Shown here piece after piece: positions 57,437 through 64,000 of a stretch of DNA of 64,000 bases. The number at the start of each line of letters is the position of its first letter. Within the stretch, counting starts at the first letter, position 1. A program made the translations under genes and the position numbers. A model generated the notes under the pieces. That model made no database searches and was not told the origin of the DNA. It was given only the letters and a program-made list of their open reading frames with translations. This stretch comes from an uncultured Candidatus Saccharibacteria bacterium (GTDB lineage Bacteria > Patescibacteriota > Minisyncoccia > UBA6257 > WO2-44-18). The stretch spans positions 53,009 to 117,008 of the forward strand of contig CAZWVU010000001.1 of the NCBI GenBank assembly GCA_964637575.1, written 5' to 3'.

Positions 57437-57934
57437 ATGAGTGCATCTTCGGAACTGTTATTTTTTAATAGCTCGCTGGGAATACAATTAAACGCCGAAC
57501 AGGTCAGCCGGGAAATTGTGAACTTTATGAACGAAAAGCCCGACTATGAATATAAAGTCACGCTGGGCACCGATTCCGAAAAAGATCCGGACAATCATGC
57601 CGACTTTGTGACCGCCATCGTGGTGCATCGGGTGGGCAACGGGGGCCGCTACTTCTGGCGCCGGATTGACGGATCAGAAAAATACCACACCCTCCGCAAC
57701 CGGATTACCCAGGAAGTGCTTATTTCCCTGGACATCGCCAAATATTTTCTCGAAGTGATGAAACATGTCGGCGCGCCGAAATTCGATTTTGAAATTCATG
57801 TGGACGTCGGCGAAAACGGGGCCACGCGAATGCTTATCCAGGAACTGGTCGGCATGATCCGGGCCAACAATTTTGAAGTCCGCACCAAGCCGGACAGTTA
57901 TGCCGCCTCCAAAGTGGCGGACCGGCACGTGTAA
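57437..57934 (+). CDS. YkuK/DUF458-like RNase H-fold protein
   Basis: About 165 aa; KVTLGTDSEK...HADFVTAIVVHRVGNGGRYFW pattern reminiscent of the YkuK family. Confidence 0.35.
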   Translation: MSASSELLFFNSSLGIQLNAEQVSREIVNFMNEKPDYEYKVTLGTDSEKDPDNHADFVTAIVVHRVGNGGRYFWRRIDGSEKYHTLRNRITQEVLISLDIAKYFLEVMKHVGAPKFDFEIHVDVGENGATRMLIQELVGMIRANNFEVRTKPDSYAASKVADRHV

Positions 57935-57950
57935 CGACATATCGCATCCG

Positions 57951-58514
57951 ATGGACAAACTTGTAATTGATATCGAAACAAAAAATACGTTCGCCGAAGT
58001 CGGCGGACAAAGCAATATCCACAAGCTGGACGCTTCCTTTGTAGGCGTCTACTCCTATAACAAAGATCGGTATTTCTCGTTTTACGAACACCAGTTTGCC
58101 GAACTGGGGGCGCTTTTTCAGACGGCCGGCCTGATTATCGGCTTCAGCATCAACCGGTTTGATATTCCGGTCATGGAAAAATATTTCAAATTCAATCTGA
58201 AGGCGATTCCCTGCCTGGATCTGCTTGAAGAAATTGAACTTGGCCTCGGCCAGCGCATCAGCCTGGATATTCTCGCGAAAACCAATCTTGGCATCGGCAA
58301 AACCCATCACGGATTGGATGCGATCAAATTCTACCGCGAGGGCAATCTGGAAGAACTGAAAAACTACTGCTTGCACGACGTGAAAATCACCAAAGATCTT
58401 TATGATCTCGCGAAAAAGCAGGGGCATTTGCTGGTTCCCCGCAAATATTCCGATGAAATCGTAAAGGTTTCTTTTGACTGGAAAGAACAGATCCTGCCCG
58501 CGACATTATTTTAA
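57951..58514 (+). CDS. RNase H-like 3'-5' exonuclease domain protein
   Basis: Start chosen at MDKLVIDIETKN (Exo motif I D-x-E; the ORF track starts at 57873); later YCLHDV motif III-like. Confidence 0.4.
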   Translation: MDKLVIDIETKNTFAEVGGQSNIHKLDASFVGVYSYNKDRYFSFYEHQFAELGALFQTAGLIIGFSINRFDIPVMEKYFKFNLKAIPCLDLLEEIELGLGQRISLDILAKTNLGIGKTHHGLDAIKFYREGNLEELKNYCLHDVKITKDLYDLAKKQGHLLVPRKYSDEIVKVSFDWKEQILPATLF

Positions 58515-58542
58515 AAAAACGCCTCCGGTTTGCCGGAGGCGT
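58513..58542. terminator. Bidirectional-looking intrinsic terminator between convergent genes (the U-run favours the minus-strand lipoprotein gene)
   Basis: Perfect 10-bp stem ACGCCTCCGG/CCGGAGGCGT (58519-58528 / 58533-58542), loop TTTG, A-run 58513-58519. Confidence 0.6.
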
Positions 58543-58546
58543 TGGG

Positions 58547-58771
58547 CTAGTCCTTATCCTTGTCGCCCTTGTTCTTTCCCTTTCCCTTGCCGTGATCGTC
58601 GTTGTCGTCGCCGCTGTGTCCGTGGCCGTTGCTGTTGCCCGGCGGATCGTTCTGACCCGGCGGATTGGTCACGGTGGTGTTGATCACCGTGTAATCATTG
58701 CGATGGCTGCGATGGCAGCCGCTGAACACCAGCACGCAAAGAAGCGCGAGAGCGAATCCGAAACGCCGCAT
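58547..58771 (-). CDS. Small secreted/lipoprotein-like peptide with His/Gly/Asp/Lys-rich tail
   Basis: 74 aa; signal MRRFGFALALLCVLVFSGC then ...NGHGHSGDDNDDHGKGKGKNKGDKDKD. Confidence 0.4.
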   Translation of the reverse strand: MRRFGFALALLCVLVFSGCHRSHRNDYTVINTTVTNPPGQNDPPGNSNGHGHSGDDNDDHGKGKGKNKGDKDKD

Positions 58772-58805
58772 GTATCACCTCACAAAAATCTAAAGGCAGT
58801 CTAGA

Positions 58806-59699
58806 TTATATTTCAGAGAAAATCAAGCGCCGGAGTTCGGAAAATCGATCCTTAAAAACCTGCTCACGCGTCGCTTCCATGTTCAGGCGGATCAGATTTT
58901 CCGTGTTGGAAGCGCGGACGTTGAACCACCAATCCGGAAATTCCATGGAGAGTCCGTCCAGCTCCTGTATCCGTGACGCCTGGCTCGCATAGGCCAGATG
59001 CAATTGTTTCAATTTCTTTTCTTTATCGGCAACTTCAAAATTTACCTCGCCGGATATCCAATGCGGCGGAAGCTGCCGGATCCATTCGGAAAGAGGCATG
59101 GGAAGGGCGCTGACGGCATTTGCGAATTGGATTGCCGCAAAAATTCCCGAATCAAAATAAAAAAAGTTTTTAAAATAGTAATGGCCGGACTGCTCCGCCG
59201 CAAATTCCATCCCTCCTGCCCGCATTGCTTGTTTCACGAAATGGTGCCCGACGCGGACATCCACCGCGGCTCTCCCCTGCTGCAAAAGTTGGCTTCTGAC
59301 GAAAGGGCCGATGTTTACCGGTAAAAGGACATCCCCGCGGAAACAATTGGCCAGAAAAAGAATCGCCGCCGCGGGCTCCAAAGAATTTCCTTTTTCATCG
59401 ACAAAAAAAACCCGGTCGCCATCGGCGTCAAAAATGACTCCGGCATCCGCATGGACGCGAATGACGGTCCGGCGGAGCTCCTCTTGGGCTCCTTCCGCCA
59501 GGGGATTAGGGCCGTGCGCGGGGAAATTCCCATCCGGACGGTCATGTAGCATCTGGACGGTAAGATGTGGAATACCGGCGAATAATTCTTTGAGTACCAG
59601 GCCCGCGGTGCCATTTGAACAGTCGCAGACCAGCGAAATTGGCCGCGAGGGATGAAGGTTCTTTTTCAGGAAATCCGCGTACAGTCGTATGTAGTTCAT
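58806..59699 (-). CDS. Phosphomannomutase/phosphoglucomutase, C-terminal part (domains II-IV) of a split gene
   Basis: Begins MNYIRLYADFL...DCSNGTAG (domain II start). Its ATG overlaps the stop of the N-terminal part (ATGA). Confidence 0.55.
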   Translation of the reverse strand: MNYIRLYADFLKKNLHPSRPISLVCDCSNGTAGLVLKELFAGIPHLTVQMLHDRPDGNFPAHGPNPLAEGAQEELRRTVIRVHADAGVIFDADGDRVFFVDEKGNSLEPAAAILFLANCFRGDVLLPVNIGPFVRSQLLQQGRAAVDVRVGHHFVKQAMRAGGMEFAAEQSGHYYFKNFFYFDSGIFAAIQFANAVSALPMPLSEWIRQLPPHWISGEVNFEVADKEKKLKQLHLAYASQASRIQELDGLSMEFPDWWFNVRASNTENLIRLNMEATREQVFKDRFSELRRLIFSEI

Positions 59700-60085
59700 A
59701 GAGAAGCGACCAGCTCCGCAACCGCGGTGCCGCTCATGGTTTCAGTCTTTGCCCCGACTATTTTGAAGCCGTTGTACTCTTTGGGATTGTGCGAGGCCGT
59801 CACCATGATTCCTCCGGCCGCCGCCCGTTCGTGCGCCAAAAAATAAAACATCGGAGTAGTTGCCAGATCAATTTTTTCCACAGTGATAGCGGGATTGGTC
59901 GCAAGACCTTCTATTACCGCGGCATAGAGCATCGGGGAGCTTAGCCGCGCATCGTGCGCGACCAGCACCGTGCCCCGCCTCCAATACCGCGCCAACGCTT
60001 TGCCGATAATCCGCGCGGAATCCTCATCAAGCTCTTCGGGATACCGCCCGCGGATGTCGTATGCTTTAAAAATAGCGGTATTCAT
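59696..60085 (-). CDS. Phosphomannomutase/phosphoglucomutase, N-terminal part (domain I with active-site Ser)
   Basis: MNTAIFKAYDIRG...GGIMVTASHNPKEYNGFK (TASHNP phosphoserine loop). Start chosen at the M of MNTAIF (60085). Confidence 0.55.
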   Translation of the reverse strand: MNTAIFKAYDIRGRYPEELDEDSARIIGKALARYWRRGTVLVAHDARLSSPMLYAAVIEGLATNPAITVEKIDLATTPMFYFLAHERAAAGGIMVTASHNPKEYNGFKIVGAKTETMSGTAVAELVASL

Positions 60086-60086
60086 A

Positions 60087-60674
60087 TCAGATAACTTGGG
60101 CGAGAAATTCACTCCAGCTTGCGACGCAGGTCTGCGCCGGGGACGAACCTTTGAAATTACCGAATTGGTCCAGTAAAAATTTTCTCGGCACGCTTGTTAT
60201 GTGCTCCAGCACGCTCGCCTGATCGTCAAAATACACCGTCACGCCAAGCGCGCGGGCTTGGATATTTTTCTCCTGGGCAGTTTCAACAAAAAAAACGTTC
60301 TCTTCATTAAAGTATGACGCCCAGAGGCCGTGCTTTTTCAGAATTGCCTTGGGAATGTCGGCATCTTTCCGCCGGGAAATAAGATAGAAGGGGATGCCTT
60401 TGGTTTTCAGGGCGGCAAGCCCGTTTTTCGCGCCATCAATAATACCGGCGCGAAGCGCGGTTGCGGGATTTTGATACAAAAGAAATTTTAATGTATCCAG
60501 GTCTTCCGGAGAAACGATCTCGCCTATGCGGTCAGCCGCGGTATCTTCAGGGGTGAGCTGGTAGCCGAGTTTCTTGGCGAAGGCGATCTTGGATCGGGTA
60601 TTGTCGATAATCACGCCATCCATGTCCAAACCCACTATTAACAAGTTATCCACATTTTTAGCTTTCGCAACCAT
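60087..60674 (-). CDS. HAD-superfamily hydrolase (phosphatase)
   Basis: 195 aa; motif I LDMDGVIID, later K and DD motifs. Confidence 0.55.
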   Translation of the reverse strand: MVAKAKNVDNLLIVGLDMDGVIIDNTRSKIAFAKKLGYQLTPEDTAADRIGEIVSPEDLDTLKFLLYQNPATALRAGIIDGAKNGLAALKTKGIPFYLISRRKDADIPKAILKKHGLWASYFNEENVFFVETAQEKNIQARALGVTVYFDDQASVLEHITSVPRKFLLDQFGNFKGSSPAQTCVASWSEFLAQVI

Positions 60675-60754
60675 CTACTTCATATTACTTTTAAAATAGC
60701 TCGTCACACAATAGAATCGCGCAGGTTACTCACCGTTTGCGAGAGGAGAGGCCT

Positions 60755-61480
60755 ATGAAGTGCGCGGTGAGTGAGGGTTGCTTTGAGCAGAGGTCAAAAC
60801 GGATCCAAAAGTATCTTTGCACGGACATCCGCTACAATAAGAAAATTCTCAAGCGGCCGTTTTTCTTTGAATTCACCGGAACGCCATCGGCGGGAAAAAC
60901 AACCACCATCACCGAACTCGACAAATTCTTGAGGAAGATGGATTTCCGGGTATACCGGCCTCCGGAAGGCGCCGAGGTGATCAGGCACATTACCCGGGAC
61001 ACGCCCCTCTTCAATATCCGGACGGGAAATTACTCGGTTGACCTGCTCATGGACCTTTCTCAGGGCCACCAATATGATATCGTCCTCCTTGATCGCGGTC
61101 CTTATGACGCGTATTGCTGGATGATTCATTGGCGCGAGAAGGGATTGCTGACTCCACACGACCAGCGTCTCTATCAGCGTTACTATCTTTCCAGGCTCTG
61201 GACGCAATACATAGACGTTGCCTACTTCATGGTATGCAGCGCCGAAGCGGCGATCCAGCGGGAATTGAAGAACGCTCCGACACGAAAACTTGGTTCGACC
61301 ACCAATCCGGAATCAATTCAGATTCTGGAAACCCGGTACCGACAAGCCTTCCGCCAGTTGCGGCAAAAACACCCGCAATTACGATTCTTTGACACCACCC
61401 GATTTGATGAACGCAGCATGGTCGACGAAATCGCCAACCAACTGCTCGTCATTATGGAGAAAAAAGCCGCCAACCGCTAA
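60755..61480 (+). CDS. P-loop kinase-like protein (dNK/NMP-kinase fold), function unknown
   Basis: Walker A GTPSAGKTT, later LLDRGPYD (Walker B-like). Start at MKCAV with GGAGAGG SD (the ORF track starts at 60737). Confidence 0.35.
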   Translation: MKCAVSEGCFEQRSKRIQKYLCTDIRYNKKILKRPFFFEFTGTPSAGKTTTITELDKFLRKMDFRVYRPPEGAEVIRHITRDTPLFNIRTGNYSVDLLMDLSQGHQYDIVLLDRGPYDAYCWMIHWREKGLLTPHDQRLYQRYYLSRLWTQYIDVAYFMVCSAEAAIQRELKNAPTRKLGSTTNPESIQILETRYRQAFRQLRQKHPQLRFFDTTRFDERSMVDEIANQLLVIMEKKAANR

Positions 61481-61495
61481 GGCGGTATTTTTTTA
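61473..61495 (+). terminator. Weak intrinsic terminator after the P-loop gene
   Basis: 5-bp stem ACCGC/GCGGT with TAAG loop, then ATTTTTTTAT. Confidence 0.3.
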
Positions 61496-61509
61496 TATAT
61501 TTGGGTATA

Positions 61510-63648
61510 ATGAGGAGTATACAAACAGGCATGGCAAAAAAAGATAAGCAGAAACAAAGCTTTCTTATAAATCCGGAAACAAAAAACAGCATTGTCGCTA
61601 TTTTTTTAATTGGCATTGCGGCAATCCTGATCCTTGCGGCCTTTGAAAAAGCGGGTCCGGTCGGAATTTTTATTCATAGCATTCTCAATAATCTTTTTGG
61701 CTGGGGATATTATCTTCTTCCCACCATCGCGCTTCTTATCGCGGCGTTTTTTCTTTTTTCCCGCCAACGCGTCCTGATCGGAACGAGTATGATCGGCGCG
61801 CTTATGTTTATCGTGTTTGGCCTTGGCCTTATCGACATCGCCCTGTCGGGACACGGCGGAATAGTCGGAAAAGTTATTGGGTTTCTGCAGGTACCATTCG
61901 GCTACACTGCTTCGATGGTACTTACTTTTATTCTCTTATTGGTATCTCTTCTCATAACGTTTAATGCTTCGATCAAATTCAGGAAAGTGGAGAAGAATGA
62001 AAAAGAAACAGGGCAGCGCGCGTCCGATGAAGATTTGGACAAAGCGGTGATTGCCGCGTCGGAAGAAAAAGCCGCACCAATTCACCTTAAAAAGGATAGG
62101 GACAGCGAAGTTCAGAAAAAAGAAATCATTGAAGAATCGCCCGACTTTACGGCAGCGCTTCCCGCGGCAAGTAAAAAATCATTTAAAGTAAAAGCACCGG
62201 CGAATTACGTGGCGCCGCCCTCTGATCTTTTGAAATCCTCCGTGGAAAAGCCTACTTCCGGCGATCTTCGCGCAAACGCCAACATTATCAAACGCACCCT
62301 GGAAAGTTTCGGCATCCCGGTGGAAATGGGAGAAATCAATATCGGGCCGAAGGTCACGCGCTATACCCTGAAACCGGCCGAAGGGGTGAAGCTGAGCAAG
62401 ATCCTCGCGCTCAATTCCGATCTGGCGCTGGCCTTGGCCGCACATCCAATCAGGATCGAAGCGCCAATTCCTGGAAAATCCCTGGTGGGTATCGAGGTGC
62501 CGAATAAATCAGCGGCGATTGTTCGCCTTGGCAGCCTGATCGCCTATCCGGAATTCCGCGAATCAGGACCCCTGGCATTTGTACTGGGACGGGGCGTAAG
62601 CGGAGAACCGATTATGGGTGATATTGAGAAAATGCCCCACTTGCTGGTAGCAGGAGCGACGGGAAGCGGTAAAAGCGTGGCAATTCATGGATTGATTGTT
62701 TCGCTGCTTTACAAAAACTCTCCGGACACCTTACGGCTGGCGATGATCGACCCGAAACGCGTGGAGCTTTCGATATATAACAACGTTCCCCATCTCATTG
62801 CTCCGGTGATCACGGATGGGAAAAAATCGATCGGGCTTTTCCGTTGGGCGATTAAAGAAATGGAACGGCGCTATGAGGTCCTCCTTGGCGCGGGGGCCCG
62901 CGATATCCGTTCATATAACCAGCGCAGCAAAGAAGCACTTCCCTATCTTGTAATTATCGTGGATGAAATGGCGGATTTAATGGCCGCGTACGGCAAAGAA
63001 ATCGAAGGTTCCATTGTCCGGCTTGCCCAAATGGCTCGCGCAACCGGAATTCATCTTGTTCTCGCGACGCAGCGTCCGTCGGTGGAAGTAATCACCGGCC
63101 TGATCAAGGCAAATATTACCGCCCGGATGGCGCTCCAAGTGGCCAGCCAGATTGATTCCCGAACAATCCTGGATGCCGCAGGAGCGGAGAAACTTCTTGG
63201 CGGCGGAGATATGCTTTTTATATCGTCAGAATTTTCCAAACCGAAACGCATTCAAGGCGCGTACATTTCGGAGGATGAAATCAGTAAGGTCTCTTCTTTT
63301 ATCAGCGACAATAATGAGAGCGCTGGCTGGGCAAGCGGCGCCACCAGCGAAAACATTCCTCTCCCGATGAAATCAGATGATGGAAAAACGAGTTCAGATT
63401 TTCTTGACGAACTCAGCGGCGACGGGGAAATCGATGATGAGATGTTTGAAGAGGCAGTGAAGGTGGTGACGGAAGCTCAAAAAGCATCTGCTTCTTTGCT
63501 TCAGCGCCGCCTTAAAGTCGGGTATGCACGAGCCGCCCGGCTTCTCGATCTCATGGAAGAAAAAGGGTTGATCGGTCCTGGCGAAGGAGCTAAGCCGCGC
63601 GAAGTCTTCCTAAATCAAAGTAGTAGTGATACAATTGAGGGCGTATAA
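61510..63648 (+). CDS. ftsK: DNA translocase FtsK/SpoIIIE
   Basis: N-terminal TM helices, Walker A VAGATGSGKSV, Walker B LVIIVDEMADL, C-terminal gamma wHTH; TATAAT hexamer at 61506-61511 just upstream. Start could also be 61531 (MAKKDKQ). Confidence 0.85.
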   Translation: MRSIQTGMAKKDKQKQSFLINPETKNSIVAIFLIGIAAILILAAFEKAGPVGIFIHSILNNLFGWGYYLLPTIALLIAAFFLFSRQRVLIGTSMIGALMFIVFGLGLIDIALSGHGGIVGKVIGFLQVPFGYTASMVLTFILLLVSLLITFNASIKFRKVEKNEKETGQRASDEDLDKAVIAASEEKAAPIHLKKDRDSEVQKKEIIEESPDFTAALPAASKKSFKVKAPANYVAPPSDLLKSSVEKPTSGDLRANANIIKRTLESFGIPVEMGEINIGPKVTRYTLKPAEGVKLSKILALNSDLALALAAHPIRIEAPIPGKSLVGIEVPNKSAAIVRLGSLIAYPEFRESGPLAFVLGRGVSGEPIMGDIEKMPHLLVAGATGSGKSVAIHGLIVSLLYKNSPDTLRLAMIDPKRVELSIYNNVPHLIAPVITDGKKSIGLFRWAIKEMERRYEVLLGAGARDIRSYNQRSKEALPYLVIIVDEMADLMAAYGKEIEGSIVRLAQMARATGIHLVLATQRPSVEVITGLIKANITARMALQVASQIDSRTILDAAGAEKLLGGGDMLFISSEFSKPKRIQGAYISEDEISKVSSFISDNNESAGWASGATSENIPLPMKSDDGKTSSDFLDELSGDGEIDDEMFEEAVKVVTEAQKASASLLQRRLKVGYARAARLLDLMEEKGLIGPGEGAKPREVFLNQSSSDTIEGV

Positions 63649-63655
63649 CGCCCCA

Positions 63656-64000
63656 ATGAATCCCGATCAAAAATCTCTTAAAGAACTTTTACTGGAACGC
63701 TTGGAAGGGAAAAATTTAAACGTTGAGAAAATTTTCCAGGCCACGGAAATCCCGAAGCATTATTTAGAATCAATGATGCGCGGGGATTGGAAAAAACTTC
63801 CCGCTGCTCCTTATACGCGGGGGTATTTTAAAAAACTGGCCGGCCTTCTGGATTGGAGCGACGGAGAGATGTGGCTTCTGTATCAAAACGAGGTAGACAC
63901 TTTGAAAGTCTCCGGCGCAACTGACAGGCTGCCGGAAAATCGCTTTGCCATTAAAAGGAAGGCGCGCGCCTGGACTTGGCCGGTGATCGCAGTCGTGCTG
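63656..64000 (+). CDS. Partial CDS: HTH-domain protein (RodZ-like), continues past the window end
   Basis: MNPDQKSLKELLLERLEGKNLNVEKIFQATEIPKHYLESMMRGDWKKLPAAPYTRGYFKKLAG resembles the HTH_25 / RodZ N-terminus. No stop before 64000. Confidence 0.45.
   Translation, partial: MNPDQKSLKELLLERLEGKNLNVEKIFQATEIPKHYLESMMRGDWKKLPAAPYTRGYFKKLAGLLDWSDGEMWLLYQNEVDTLKVSGATDRLPENRFAIKRKARAWTWPVIAVVL

Noticed and set aside
1-64000. CRISPR arrays, transposases, integrases, tRNA/rRNA genes
   Set aside because: No direct-repeat/spacer periodicity, no DDE/tyrosine-recombinase-like ORFs and no tRNA-like cloverleaf segments were found on reading the window.

Overview
This window is a high-GC (about 58%) bacterial segment. 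From position 1 to about 49.9 kb it is almost entirely transcribed on the minus strand and encodes a very large surface-glycan / protein-glycosylation island. The island contains: (i) a carrier-protein based acyl/aminoacyl activation module (AcpS, a stand-alone adenylation enzyme, two small phosphopantetheine carrier proteins, an acyl-CoA synthetase, an ICL/PEP-mutase-family lyase, a ketopantoate-reductase-like enzyme and an unassigned 349-aa protein); (ii) a GDP-heptose-type nucleotide-sugar gene set (transaldolase, GmhA, HddA-like GHMP kinase, HddC-like nucleotidyltransferase) with several epimerase/oxidoreductase genes, a NUDIX hydrolase and a B12-binding radical SAM enzyme; (iii) a nonulosonic-acid-like set (NeuC-like hydrolysing UDP-GlcNAc 2-epimerase, two NeuA-like CMP-sugar synthetases, deacetylase, N-formyltransferase with FolD and GlyA for C1 supply, five SAM methyltransferases); (iv) an SQD1-like UDP-sulfoquinovose-synthase homolog in its own terminator-flanked unit; (v) GT4 glycosyltransferases (two with tandem catalytic domains), a GT2 polyprenyl-phosphate glycosyltransferase paired with a large GT-C-like membrane protein, a Wzx-like flippase, and four paralogs (one partial) of an unassigned roughly 440-455-aa GT-B-like family sharing a SWDNLT motif. 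The island ends at a 1253-aa secreted protein with a peptidoglycan-binding domain and long Thr/Ser/Gly/Asn-rich beta-repeat region. That gene is flanked by intrinsic terminators and is the likely glycosylation target (S-layer-like). The remaining 14 kb is housekeeping (galU, clpB, htrA, cysteine desulfurase, split phosphomannomutase, HAD hydrolase, ftsK, partial RodZ-like HTH protein). Ten clean minus-strand intrinsic terminators partition the island into transcription units. No CRISPR array, transposase, integrase or RNA gene was recognised. Calls rest on motif-level reading of the supplied translations; no database search was possible.
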